Of a DNA stretch of 17,645 bases, positions 1 through 8,938 are shown in pieces; position 1 is the stretch's first letter, and every line of letters begins with the position of its first letter. The notes under the pieces were generated by a model. That model saw only the letters and a list, made by a program, of their open reading frames with translations. It was not told the origin of the DNA and ran no database searches. The stretch spans positions 1 through 17,645 of the forward strand of contig JBKBOT010000033.1 of the NCBI GenBank assembly GCA_046293555.1, written 5' to 3'. The position numbers and the translations under genes are program-made. The DNA is from Pyrobaculum sp. GTDB taxonomy: Archaea > Thermoproteota > Thermoprotei > Thermoproteales > Thermoproteaceae.

Positions 1-159
1 CCCATAGATATAAACCTGCCCGCCTTTGCCATAGCTCGGACAGCCGGCTGGGTGGCACACGTGGTGGAATACAGGAGGGCAAACCGCCTCATAAGGCCCA
101 CTGAGAGATATGTGGGGCCTACAGGCCTGCCGTATATCCCCCTAGAGCAGAGACATTAG
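1..159 (+). CDS. Citrate synthase family protein, C-terminal fragment (gene starts before window)
   Basis: Frame 1 translates PIDINLPAFAIARTAGWVAHVVEYRRANRLIRPTERYVGPTGLPYIPLEQRH*. FAIARTAGWxAH and NRLIRP-x-x-Y-x-G are the characteristic citrate/2-methylcitrate synthase C-terminal motifs. Not in the ORF track; gltA vs prpC cannot be resolved from this fragment. Confidence 0.9.
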   Translation, partial: PIDINLPAFAIARTAGWVAHVVEYRRANRLIRPTERYVGPTGLPYIPLEQRH

Positions 160-160
160 T

Positions 161-175
161 CGAAATCTATAAATA
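161..175 (+). promoter_or_regulatory. Archaeal BRE/TATA promoter for etfB-etfA (leaderless)
   Basis: CGAAA followed by TATAAATA (168-175), 19 nt before the ATG at 195. Confidence 0.65.
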
Positions 176-194
176 TATATAACAACCTTTAGCT

Positions 195-959
195 ATGAAA
201 ATTGCGGTGTTAATTAAGCTGGCTTTAGATACCGGCCAGCTCCGCGTCAGAGATACAGTCCTCACGGAGGAGACCCCCCTTAAGATTAGCGACATCGATA
301 GAAACGCCGTTGAGGAAGCCACAAGGCTGAAGGGCCAGACCTACGGCGTCGCCGTCTTGAAGTGGGGCCCCCTGCCGAAAAGAGTGCAGGAAGCCGAAAA
401 CGTCCTTAGAGAGGCTTTGGCCATGGGGTTAGAGGAGGCCTACCTCGTGGCAGACGAGAGGCTAGTTAACGCCAGCCATCTCGCCACCGCCAAGGCCATT
501 GCCGCCGTGGTGAAAAAAGTTGGGGCGGACTTGGTGTTAGCCGGAGAGGCCACTGTGGATAACTACACCGGCCAGATCCCCGCCAGGGTGGCCACAGAGC
601 TGGGGTGGCCCGTGTTGACATATGTGAGAGAGCTCAAGGTAGAGGGGGGCAGGGCGGTGGCTAGAAGAGACCTAGAGGACCGGGTAGAGGTGGTAGAGGC
701 CCCACTACCCGCCGTGGTGTCTGTAACTAGAGAGATAAACACGCCTAGGATACCCACACTCCTGGCCATAAGGGCCGCGATGAAGAAGCCGGTGCATAAG
801 CTAACTCTGGCGGATCTAGGCGTTGAGATATCTCCAAAACTCGCCGTTTCGTACAAACCGCTTGTCATACAGAGAAAGAAGGTAGTTATAAAAGACGGCG
901 CCCCCGAGGAGAAGGTGGAGAAACTCCTCCAGTACTTACGCCAGGAGGGGGTGTTATGA
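195..959 (+). CDS. etfB: Electron transfer flavoprotein beta subunit (EtfB/FixA family)
   Basis: N-terminus MKIAVLIK, DxxAVEEAxRLK, LREALAMG, AGxxTVDxxTGQIP, and INTPRIPTL..I..A.KKP motifs. Confidence 0.95.
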   Translation: MKIAVLIKLALDTGQLRVRDTVLTEETPLKISDIDRNAVEEATRLKGQTYGVAVLKWGPLPKRVQEAENVLREALAMGLEEAYLVADERLVNASHLATAKAIAAVVKKVGADLVLAGEATVDNYTGQIPARVATELGWPVLTYVRELKVEGGRAVARRDLEDRVEVVEAPLPAVVSVTREINTPRIPTLLAIRAAMKKPVHKLTLADLGVEISPKLAVSYKPLVIQRKKVVIKDGAPEEKVEKLLQYLRQEGVL

Positions 960-1840
960 AGACGCTGGTGGTCTACCCAAACAGAGAGCTGTTATATCTA
1001 GCGTCAACGTTGGGAGAGGTGGGGGCAGTGGCGTTTAGCCAGACGGAGGCAGAGGCCCTAGGGGGGAAGGCCCACAGGATATATATCGCCGAGGTGGACC
1101 CCAGAGCTCCCGACGTAGTGGCAAACGCCGTGGCTATAGCGGCAAGTCAACACGACGTCGTGTTGTTACCTGCTACAAAAAACGCCAAAACTGCCGGCGC
1201 CATTTTAGCCCAGCGGCTGGGGGCAGAGTTTCTAGTAGACATCTTGTCGCTTAAGGCAGAAGGCGGCATTGTGAAGGCAGAACGTTACGTCTTTGGAAAC
1301 AAGGCGGTGGCCACCGTCGAGGCTCCCACGCCGGTGGTGGCCACTGTGGCCTCTGGAAGATTTCCGGGAGAGCCCCCCACAGTCCAGAGCGTGGTGGAGA
1401 AACTCCCCGCCGCCGGCGGGCTGGCTAAAGTCGTGGCGGTGGAAGAAAAGGCGAGAGGGGCCGTGAGGCTAGAGGACGCCCCCATCATCGTGTCGGTGGG
1501 GCGTGGGTTTAAGAAGAGAGAAGACCTACAGCTGGCTTTCACACTGGCGGAGGCTTTAGGAGGTCAGGTGGGCTGCAGTAGGCCAATTGCGGCAGACCTC
1601 AAGTGGCTGCCAGAAGAACACTGGGTAGGCCTCTCCGGCAAGAAGGTAAAGCCGAAGTTATATATAGCCATCGGCATTTCCGGCCAGCCGCAACACATTG
1701 CCGGCATTCTAGACAGCAGGGTCATTGTGGCCATAAACAACGATCCCAACGCCCCCATATTCCAAAACGCGGATTACGGCATAGTTGACGACTTGTATAA
1801 AATAATACCCATATTAATACAAAAGACAAGAAAACAATAA
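956..1840 (+). CDS. etfA: Electron transfer flavoprotein alpha subunit (EtfA/FixB family)
   Basis: FAD-binding motifs IIVSVGRG, VGCSRP, VGLSGKKVKPKLYIAIGISGQPQH, AINNDPNAPIF..ADYGIVDD. ATGA overlap with etfB. Confidence 0.95.
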   Translation: MKTLVVYPNRELLYLASTLGEVGAVAFSQTEAEALGGKAHRIYIAEVDPRAPDVVANAVAIAASQHDVVLLPATKNAKTAGAILAQRLGAEFLVDILSLKAEGGIVKAERYVFGNKAVATVEAPTPVVATVASGRFPGEPPTVQSVVEKLPAAGGLAKVVAVEEKARGAVRLEDAPIIVSVGRGFKKREDLQLAFTLAEALGGQVGCSRPIAADLKWLPEEHWVGLSGKKVKPKLYIAIGISGQPQHIAGILDSRVIVAINNDPNAPIFQNADYGIVDDLYKIIPILIQKTRKQ

Positions 1841-1865
1841 TGCGATACACACTTGTCGTTGTCCA

Positions 1866-1882
1866 CGAAAAATTTTTATAAT
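1866..1882 (+). promoter_or_regulatory. BRE/TATA promoter of the formate dehydrogenase operon
   Basis: CGAAAAA then TTTTTATAAT, ending 19 nt before the ATG at 1902. Confidence 0.6.
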
Positions 1883-1901
1883 TATCGTTTCTTATATGGT
1901 A

Positions 1902-2078
1902 ATGGATTTCGAAAAAAGTCTGCACCAGAGGCGTGTGGTTGAGTACCTCTCTTCCGAGTTTGGAAACACCCCAGAGGTCTTAGGCGGCTTGTTTAGCATT
2001 GTGGAGTCTGTAGAGGACTATACGTGTTTTACTGCGAAAAAGATGTTGGGTAGGAGAGACAAGGCGTGGGGGGTATGA
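1902..2078 (+). CDS. Small hypothetical protein (58 aa; alternative start 1896), first gene of the FDH operon
   Basis: Fills the gap between the promoter and fdhA. The ATG is at leaderless distance from the TATA box, and the TGA overlaps the fdhA ATG (ATGA 2075-2078). No recognisable family motif. Confidence 0.55.
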   Translation: MDFEKSLHQRRVVEYLSSEFGNTPEVLGGLFSIVESVEDYTCFTAKKMLGRRDKAWGV

Positions 2079-5000
2079 CTGATATCACCAGGAGGGGGTT
2101 TGTAAAAATTGCCGCAATTGGCTTAACGGCACTGCCTGTAGCTGCGCAAGTGAGAGAAACTAGGAGGTGGAAATTAGGAGAGGTGGGAGGCAGGGAGTTA
2201 ACAAAGGCGTCAATTGTGCCTGTAGTGTGTCCCTACTGTTCCATAGGCTGTAGTATTGACATGTATACCGACGGGTCGAAAATAGTGTGGTCCCCCGGCT
2301 CTTTAGAGTCGCCCGTCAACGCCGGGAAGTTATGTCCTAAGGGCAAGGCGGCGTTTCAACTAGTGGATTCCCCCAAGAGAGTTCTCTACCCAATGATCAG
2401 GACGGGGCCCAAGCCCAAGCCGGAGGAGATCCTCTCTGCGAAATCTTGGGACGAGCTTTTGGCAGTTATCAAGAGGTATCCACCACAGTGGCGTACAGTG
2501 TCGTGGGATGAGGCGTTTAGATATATCGCCCAGAGAGTTAGGGAAATACTGGACGAATATAGGCAGAAAACCGGGGCGCCGCGGCAGAGAGACGGGTTTT
2601 ACTACGTGGGGAGGTCGACGCCGATTCAACTAATTGGCACATCTATAAACCTCAACGAGGAAGGCTACCTAACTTCCAAACTTGCGGCGTTTCTAGGGTC
2701 GTCTAACGTAGATTCGCAATATAGGAAGTGCCACTCCTCCACGGTGGCGTCACTTGCAGTTACATACGGCTGGGGTATCGAGACTGCGTCACAAGAGGAT
2801 CTACGTGCTGCAGACATCGTGTTGTTTTTCTCCAGCCCCGCCGAGGCGCACCCAGTCTCGTTCCACCACTTCCTTGAGGCAAAGAGGAAGAGAGGCACTA
2901 TCCTCATAGCGCTAGACCCGAGATATAGCAGAACTGCGATGTTAAGCGACCTGTGGGTCCCGTTTAGGTCGGGGACTGAAACCGCGATCTTTCTCTATAT
3001 ACTTCACTACGCGTTTTTTGAACGCCAGCCGCCTATAGACCAGCTAGAGGAGTTTAAACGTCTTAGAGAGAGGTGGAACATCACAGACGACGATCTGGCA
3101 GACTTAAAAGAGCTGTTGAGAGAATACGACGTCGCCACAGCCTCAAAGATCACCGGCACGCCAGAAGATTTGTTAAAAGCCGTCGCCTCGCTGTATGTTG
3201 AAAACAGCGGCGTAGTTTCTGGACATAAGAAACATGGGATAATCCAGTGGGCTATGGGGATGACACAACATACAAACGCCACAATTAACGTCATTAGATC
3301 TGCCGCAATTGTACAACTACTGTTGGGCAACGTGGGCTATCCCGGCGGCGGCGCCCATCCCTTTAGAGGACATAGCAACGTCCAGGGAGTTACAGACGTG
3401 CAAGGAGGCGGGATGGGCTCTCTGCCGGGCTACCACGCCCCGCCATCAGACACCTTTATAGTTAGGCTGTATCAAGACTGGAAGCTACAGGGGATGCCAG
3501 ATGCCTGGTCTTGGGAGGTGCCCCAGTGGGCTAGAGGGAAGTTTGCCACCACGGCGCCCGATAGAGGTAAGGCAGACTTAGCAAAAATACTACAGGTGTA
3601 CACATTTTACGGCTGGCGCCGCATGGAGCTCATGTGGGGTCTCTTCTGCGGCACCGACCCTGAAGACGACCCACAAAATGGGGTGGTGGTGTGCGACTTC
3701 CCCTTCGGCGCCGGCTCTAGCGAAATTACCGTAATGCGGAGGGCGTTAGGTGGGGAGATAAGAGCTATGTTTATATTTGGCGAAAATCCGGCGGTCACAA
3801 ATCCAAACGCCAAGTTGGTAATGGCCGCCCTAGCTAGTTTAGACCTATTGGTGGTAACTGACATATTTGAGACAGAGACCGCGTGGTTTGCAGACGTGTT
3901 GTTACCCGCAGCCTCGTTTGCAGAGAAGGAGGGGACCCGCACAAATACCTTCAGAACTATCGCCTGGACTTGGCGTGTTGTCGAGCCGCGGGGCATGTCG
4001 AGACCTGACTACTGGATTGCTGTAAATCTCTTTAAACACTTGAGGAGGGCTGGCGTTATACAGCTCCCAAGTGAGGTATATGGCAAGAGGGAAGAAAGAG
4101 TGGTGATAAGAAGAGGCGGGCAGCCACATCTGTCTTACGTAAGGTCCCTGCGGCCTGACTACTCGTGGGACTACAGCGGGGGGACTGGGGGCGCCACGCC
4201 GGTTGGGACAATAGAAAGTGAGGTCAACCCCAGGATAATAAGCAAGGAGATAAACTTCGCCGTGTTGATATATCAGGGCATTTACGACCCTATTAGAGAT
4301 GAGTTTACAACCATGAGGCGGAAGGCTGTGACTAGAAAACGTGGCCAGATCGACGGGCTGCTTAGCGAGACATATGGCTTGTATAAAGACTGGGGGTGGA
4401 CCTGGCCGATGAACGTAAAGATTGGCTATAATTACGACGGGCTTAAAGCCACGTTAGGCACACCTGACGTAATTAAAGCTGCCGGCAGGGAGTGGGTAGC
4501 TACTGGCGAGACTGGAGAGTGGATTGACGAATTTACTGGCGAGTACGTGCCGGCGTTTATACCAGGTCACAACTTCTGGGTACCCCGCTCGTTTAAACGT
4601 AGGCTATCCGGAGTGGCGGATCTATACGGGGGTGCAGACATGATGAAATTCATTAGGACCGGCCAGCTGGAGTTCTTAGGTAAGTTTGTAACTGAGGAGG
4701 GGTTGTTGACTTACGACCAATTTGTGGCAAAAACCGGGATGAAATACCTCTGGGCTAACGACACCCTGTATTGGGACGAACAAGCCACTAACCTCAAGGC
4801 GTTAGTAAAAAGGCCGTTTTTCAGCGGCGGCGGGTGGCGGCAGTTTAAGCCAAGGTATGAGGAAATGCGGAAAAAACTTGGGCAATATTACCAACAGGCG
4901 GGCAGTTTGAGAGATGCCGTCCTTAAAGTCGTGGATGAGATGGGCGGTTGGTATAGTGGATATAACTTCCAGTGGCCTATCCACACAGAGCCCGCCGAGT

Positions 5001-5539
5001 CGCCAGATGTGGAGATGGCTATTATGTACCCAACGATCGCGTGGATTCATTCACACAACTTAGACGTGTTGCGTGAAAAACCCGACGTGGTGAAAGACAA
5101 GCCGGTTGGAGTGGCTCTAGAGCCGAAGGAGCTAGGTGGCGTAGACGGCGTTGTGGTAGTAATGACGTCTCACAGAACTACTGAACATTTCCACAGCGGC
5201 ATTATGACTAGAAACAGCCCGCTGTTGGCACAACTGGTGCCAGAGCCATATGCCATAGTGCCTGAAGACTTGGCGGCTAAAATAGGCATAAAGTCTGGAG
5301 ATTACGTCACGCTCACCACGGCGAGAGGCTCGGTGAAGCTTAAAGCCTTGGTGACAAAAGGCGCCATGGTCGCCAAGGTGGGCGGCCGCGAGGTGCCTGT
5401 GGTTAACGTGACGTGGTCTTTTAGCTTTGCGGGCGAGGTGACTGGTGTACAAGGCAACTTCTTAGTTCCAGACGTTGGCGACGTTGTGACCACAATACAG
5501 GAGTCTAAGGCGTGGATAGGGAAAATCAGTAGGGCGTAG
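2075..5539 (+). CDS. fdhA: Formate dehydrogenase catalytic (alpha) subunit, bis-MGD Mo/W enzyme, Tat-exported, Cys ligand
   Basis: Twin-arginine signal TRRGFVK. [4Fe-4S] motif CPYCSIGC...LCPKG. Active-site RKCHSST (TGC at 2729-2731, the SeCys-His position of FdnG). RGHSNVQG, GENPA, ETAWFADVLLPAA..EKEGT..N, and C-terminal R..EHFHSG.MTRN. Start moved from GTG 2066 to ATG 2075. Confidence 0.93.
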   Translation: MTDITRRGFVKIAAIGLTALPVAAQVRETRRWKLGEVGGRELTKASIVPVVCPYCSIGCSIDMYTDGSKIVWSPGSLESPVNAGKLCPKGKAAFQLVDSPKRVLYPMIRTGPKPKPEEILSAKSWDELLAVIKRYPPQWRTVSWDEAFRYIAQRVREILDEYRQKTGAPRQRDGFYYVGRSTPIQLIGTSINLNEEGYLTSKLAAFLGSSNVDSQYRKCHSSTVASLAVTYGWGIETASQEDLRAADIVLFFSSPAEAHPVSFHHFLEAKRKRGTILIALDPRYSRTAMLSDLWVPFRSGTETAIFLYILHYAFFERQPPIDQLEEFKRLRERWNITDDDLADLKELLREYDVATASKITGTPEDLLKAVASLYVENSGVVSGHKKHGIIQWAMGMTQHTNATINVIRSAAIVQLLLGNVGYPGGGAHPFRGHSNVQGVTDVQGGGMGSLPGYHAPPSDTFIVRLYQDWKLQGMPDAWSWEVPQWARGKFATTAPDRGKADLAKILQVYTFYGWRRMELMWGLFCGTDPEDDPQNGVVVCDFPFGAGSSEITVMRRALGGEIRAMFIFGENPAVTNPNAKLVMAALASLDLLVVTDIFETETAWFADVLLPAASFAEKEGTRTNTFRTIAWTWRVVEPRGMSRPDYWIAVNLFKHLRRAGVIQLPSEVYGKREERVVIRRGGQPHLSYVRSLRPDYSWDYSGGTGGATPVGTIESEVNPRIISKEINFAVLIYQGIYDPIRDEFTTMRRKAVTRKRGQIDGLLSETYGLYKDWGWTWPMNVKIGYNYDGLKATLGTPDVIKAAGREWVATGETGEWIDEFTGEYVPAFIPGHNFWVPRSFKRRLSGVADLYGGADMMKFIRTGQLEFLGKFVTEEGLLTYDQFVAKTGMKYLWANDTLYWDEQATNLKALVKRPFFSGGGWRQFKPRYEEMRKKLGQYYQQAGSLRDAVLKVVDEMGGWYSGYNFQWPIHTEPAESPDVEMAIMYPTIAWIHSHNLDVLREKPDVVKDKPVGVALEPKELGGVDGVVVVMTSHRTTEHFHSGIMTRNSPLLAQLVPEPYAIVPEDLAAKIGIKSGDYVTLTTARGSVKLKALVTKGAMVAKVGGREVPVVNVTWSFSFAGEVTGVQGNFLVPDVGDVVTTIQESKAWIGKISRA

Positions 5540-5541
5540 CC

Positions 5542-6384
5542 ATGGTGTCGGTAAACTTCCCCAATAGGAACGAGGGCGTTGCGGTGTTGGTAGATCTAGA
5601 CAGGTGTATTGCATGTAGGGCGTGTCAAGTGGCTTGTAAGGACTGGAATGGAAGAACCCGCGTGAGGATAGAGCCGCTGGGGGGTACACTCACCTCGCCG
5701 AGAGATTTAACTCCAGACGACTGGAAGGTGGTATTCTTCTATGAAGGCACTGTGGGGAAGAGTGTAGGTAGATATACCTTCAGCCAGGTGGAGGTAGCTC
5801 CCCTGCCTTATAACTGTCTACACTGTGTAGAGGCCCCTTGCGCCAGGGCGTGTCCAGTGGGGGCAATTGAGGTATCTAGGTCAGGCGCGGTGGTAATTGT
5901 GAGAGATAGGTGTATTGGCTGTGGCTACTGTCTCAACGCCTGTCCATTTGACGTACCTAGAAGGGGCGACGACGGTAAGTACTACAAGTGTACCTTCTGT
6001 GCGGACCGCATAGAGAACGGCAGGGCGCCCGCATGTGTGGAGGTATGTCCCGCAGACGTCTTTAAGTTTGGCCCCGCAGATGAGATATATCAAAAAGCTA
6101 GAGAAGAGGCGAAAAAGGGCAGGAGGGTATATGGCTTGGAGTTAAATGGATATGTGGGCGGCTCCACCCGCTGGATTTTCGTGGCTTCTGAAAGAAAGGC
6201 GTTTGCAATCGAGAAGAAGTTACCAAAAGACACACAGGTGGCCGAGATGGCGGCAAGAGAGGCCTTGGCTAAAATCGCCACTGTCGCTCTGCCCATCTTG
6301 GCTGTAGGCGCCGCCGCTGTGGGCCTCGCGGCGTGGAGGAACTATAGAAAGGAGGTTTCTAAAGAAAAACAAAGGGAAGAGTAA
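5542..6384 (+). CDS. fdhB: Formate dehydrogenase iron-sulfur (beta) subunit, FdnH-like with C-terminal membrane anchor
   Basis: Cys groups CIACRACQVAC, CLHCVEAPCARACP, CIGCGYCLNACP, KCTFC..PACVEVCP (four [4Fe-4S] clusters). C-terminal hydrophobic helix IATVALPILAVGAAAVGLAAW. Confidence 0.93.
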   Translation: MVSVNFPNRNEGVAVLVDLDRCIACRACQVACKDWNGRTRVRIEPLGGTLTSPRDLTPDDWKVVFFYEGTVGKSVGRYTFSQVEVAPLPYNCLHCVEAPCARACPVGAIEVSRSGAVVIVRDRCIGCGYCLNACPFDVPRRGDDGKYYKCTFCADRIENGRAPACVEVCPADVFKFGPADEIYQKAREEAKKGRRVYGLELNGYVGGSTRWIFVASERKAFAIEKKLPKDTQVAEMAAREALAKIATVALPILAVGAAAVGLAAWRNYRKEVSKEKQREE

Positions 6385-6414
6385 AATTTTTAAATACTTT
6401 TTCTATATATTACT

Positions 6415-7131
6415 ATGGCTAGTGATAAATATGTCCAAGACGGCGTGGAAATTATGTCAGTAGGGTACAAAATCGCACATGGGCTAAATATAGTTCTCTT
6501 CACAATTTTGGCTATTACGGGTTCTATCTTGCTGTTTCCAGACTTGATGCAGATATTGGCGTATGTAATTGGGGCGCCGCTTGCATCACTGTTAGGCACC
6601 CCGCCCGCGTCTATGGGTGCAGAGCTTGCGAGAACAAGCCATAGATTTATCGGGGTGTTGTGGGGCGTGTTTCTTGCGGTATATGGGCTCTACCTCGCGG
6701 CCTTTAGACGGGCCGTCGTGTTTAGACCGTTGCTAAAACCTTTTAGTCAACAGGTCAGAGAGGCCAAAGCCCTGTTGGCACATTACATAGCGGGAAAGCC
6801 CATGCCGCAAGACGTGGAGGAGAGGTTAGATAGACACAACGTCCTCGTGGCGTATATGGCCTTACTCCTCCTAGCGGGCCTCTTGTTGCTTTCCATATCT
6901 GGAGTTCTCCTCATGTTTAGCGACATGTTTACAGTGGGGACAGTTAGACTTATGTTATTTCTACACGATCTTGGGTTCTACCTCTCTGTGATCTTCCTCC
7001 TGGCGCACCTCTTCGCTACTCTCCACCCGTCAAACCGCCCGCTGTTGTTAGCCATGTTTGGCTACGGCAGAGTGCCGCTGGAGTGGGCAAGGAGACACAT
7101 GGGTAGATATGTCCAAAGAGGAGTTTCTTAA
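6415..7131 (+). CDS. Formate dehydrogenase cytochrome b (gamma) subunit, FdnI-like
   Basis: About four TM helices with His at heme-ligand-like positions (IAHGL, SHRFIG, FLHDLG, LAHLF). C-terminal AMFGYGRVP.EWARRH resembles the FdnI 'M..G.V...WA..HH' motif. Confidence 0.88.
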   Translation: MASDKYVQDGVEIMSVGYKIAHGLNIVLFTILAITGSILLFPDLMQILAYVIGAPLASLLGTPPASMGAELARTSHRFIGVLWGVFLAVYGLYLAAFRRAVVFRPLLKPFSQQVREAKALLAHYIAGKPMPQDVEERLDRHNVLVAYMALLLLAGLLLLSISGVLLMFSDMFTVGTVRLMLFLHDLGFYLSVIFLLAHLFATLHPSNRPLLLAMFGYGRVPLEWARRHMGRYVQRGVS

Positions 7132-7636
7132 AATCATATGTGGTAACGACGTGGAGTGTAGGAAGGAGGCGCTGGATGAGTTAACCCCCCTTTTTTCCAC
7201 CCCCCCAGCCCAGGTGGAGAGGGACCCCCCTCCCACTCCCCCCCTAGTTGTATATTCTGGAGATTTTCTCGAGACGTTTAGAAAGGCCAGGGCCTTGAGT
7301 AAAAAGTATGGGGAGTGGTTTGCCGGCTGGCAGGGCGACTTCTGTCCCATCTGTGGCCTCAAGCCCATTCTCTTTTACCGACGGGAGGTAGATTCTGCCA
7401 TCTTCTCGGGATGGGAGAGATATGCCAAATGTTCTTGTGGCTTTAGCTGGAGGTATAGAGAGTGGAGATGTCCCAACTGTGGGGCCGAGGGGCGGGAGAA
7501 CTTTTCGGTGTATGTAGGCCAGTCCGCCATGTTTCATAAATGTGTCCACTGCGGCTTTGTGACAGTGGAGCTACAGACTCAGGTGGGGGAAGAGGTGGAG
7601 TTTTTGGCGAGACTTGCTGTATCTTATGTGGAGTAA
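7109..7636 (+). CDS. fdhE: FdhE-like formate dehydrogenase maturation protein
   Basis: W...CPICG, RY..CSCG..W.Y...RCPNCG and CVHCG Cys pairs typical of FdhE, plus operon context. Start moved to ATG 7109. Confidence 0.75.
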   Translation: MSKEEFLKIICGNDVECRKEALDELTPLFSTPPAQVERDPPPTPPLVVYSGDFLETFRKARALSKKYGEWFAGWQGDFCPICGLKPILFYRREVDSAIFSGWERYAKCSCGFSWRYREWRCPNCGAEGRENFSVYVGQSAMFHKCVHCGFVTVELQTQVGEEVEFLARLAVSYVE

Positions 7637-8297
7637 CCACAGTGGGTTTAAAGTGGCTGTAGATAAGTTGATAAAGATATATATAAATGACGTGCTAGCG
7701 GCCGAGCTGGTGGCAAGTCCTGTAGAGCTGGCCGAGCTGGCGGTGGGGTATGCCTATATAAATGGCGTAATGCCAGAAGATATCGAGATTAAAGGCGGCG
7801 TGGTGAAAATCTACGCCCAAACCGCAGTGGGGGGCAAGAAGGTTTTTGAAGACTGCGGGCCGGCGGAGGCTGTGGCCAAGTTGCCCAAATTTGCCAGATT
7901 TCGGTGGGGCCAACTGATGGAGTTAGCTAGAGAGTTCCAAAAGTTGACAATGCCAGTAGTGGAGCCCCAACTCGCCATGCACACCTCCGCGCTTTATGTC
8001 GACGGGAGGTGGGTAGTAGCTCACGACGTGAGTAGACACAGCGGCGTGTTAAAACTAGTTGGGAAGATCCTTCTGGAGGGGCTGCCGGCCTACCGGGCCG
8101 TGGCCTTTACTACCGGCAGGGCTTCGGGCGATATGGTCCAACGCCTCGCCTTAGCGGCAGTGCCGGCAGTGGTGAGCTTAAGGGGGCCGCTATATAGCGG
8201 CGTGGAGGCTGCCTGCAGTGGCGGCATGCTTCTAGTGGCTAACGTGAGGGGGGTGGGCTTCAAGCCGCTTTGTGGAGAGGAGCTGTTAGAGTATTAA
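7626..8297 (+). CDS. fdhD: FdhD/NarQ family sulfurtransferase (FDH cofactor sulfuration)
   Basis: SPVEL.ELAVGY, HTSAL, DVSRHS (cf. DVGRHN), [10 protein letters not shown] (cf. SSRASYEMV), plus operon context. Start uncertain (7626 ATG preferred). Confidence 0.85.
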   Translation: MWSNHSGFKVAVDKLIKIYINDVLAAELVASPVELAELAVGYAYINGVMPEDIEIKGGVVKIYAQTAVGGKKVFEDCGPAEAVAKLPKFARFRWGQLMELAREFQKLTMPVVEPQLAMHTSALYVDGRWVVAHDVSRHSGVLKLVGKILLEGLPAYRAVAFTTGRASGDMVQRLALAAVPAVVSLRGPLYSGVEAACSGGMLLVANVRGVGFKPLCGEELLEY

Positions 8298-8897
8298 CTG
8301 GAGCTTAACCTCCTCCTCTCTAGCCCCGTTTTTATCTACAATCACGAGGTCAATACCTCCTCCAGAGACGGGGTCTCTCTCGATGGCCGCTTTTACCGCC
8401 TGTACCGCCAGCTTTCTGGCCTCCTGTGTGGATATATCCCGCCTATAGCCACTGTCTAACACGGCGATGGAGAGCTTGGCCCCCGTCCCCAAGGCGGCGT
8501 AGTTGTCTTCAATCAGGCTGCCCAGGGGGTCCATCACAATTAGGTGGGGCCCCCCCTCGTCTACGCCTCCTACCAACACCTCTGCGTAGAAGGGCATAAA
8601 CCTCCTGTTGAACATTATGGCTGACAACAGGGCGGCCATGGCCCTTACTGTGGGTTTTTTCCTAGTCTCAAGCTCGTAAGCCCTGGCGTTTACTTTAAGC
8701 ACCCTGGCCAGCGTCTGCATGTCTGCAATAATGCCGGCAGACGCCACCGCCAGTCTGTCATTTACAAGAAAGACCTTCTTCCCCGAGGTGCTGAGAGTAT
8801 AAAAGCCGTAAGAGACCCTCTTCTCCGCCGCCAGAACTACGCCCTCTTTTGTCTTAATCCCCACCGCAGTGGCGCCAATCTGGATGTCCTCGGCCAT
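8286..8897 (-). CDS. psmB: 20S proteasome beta-type subunit (Ala at the Thr1 position; probably non-catalytic paralog)
   Basis: G|[49 protein letters not shown] Ntn-hydrolase motifs. Start moved to ATG at 8897 (MAEDIQIG). 3' end overlaps fdhD by 12 bp. Confidence 0.93.
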   Translation of the reverse strand: MAEDIQIGATAVGIKTKEGVVLAAEKRVSYGFYTLSTSGKKVFLVNDRLAVASAGIIADMQTLARVLKVNARAYELETRKKPTVRAMAALLSAIMFNRRFMPFYAEVLVGGVDEGGPHLIVMDPLGSLIEDNYAALGTGAKLSIAVLDSGYRRDISTQEARKLAVQAVKAAIERDPVSGGGIDLVIVDKNGAREEEVKLQLIL

Positions 8898-8938
8898 GTG
8901 TCTACATAAGGCTCTATTTATAAATTTGATAATTTGAA

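Noticed and set aside
2075-5539. Selenocysteine/SECIS recoding in fdhA
   Set aside because: The ligand codon is TGC (Cys) and the frame has no internal TGA.
195-5539. ETF-FDH electron-bifurcating complex
   Set aside because: Separate promoters, no fixC/fixX, and the FDH is Tat-exported with its own cytochrome b anchor; adjacency alone is insufficient.
8906-8913. Self-target of the short spacer's 5' end (ATAAGGCT) in the psmB/rtcA promoter
   Set aside because: An 8-nt match is expected by chance in a window this size; no extended pairing seen.
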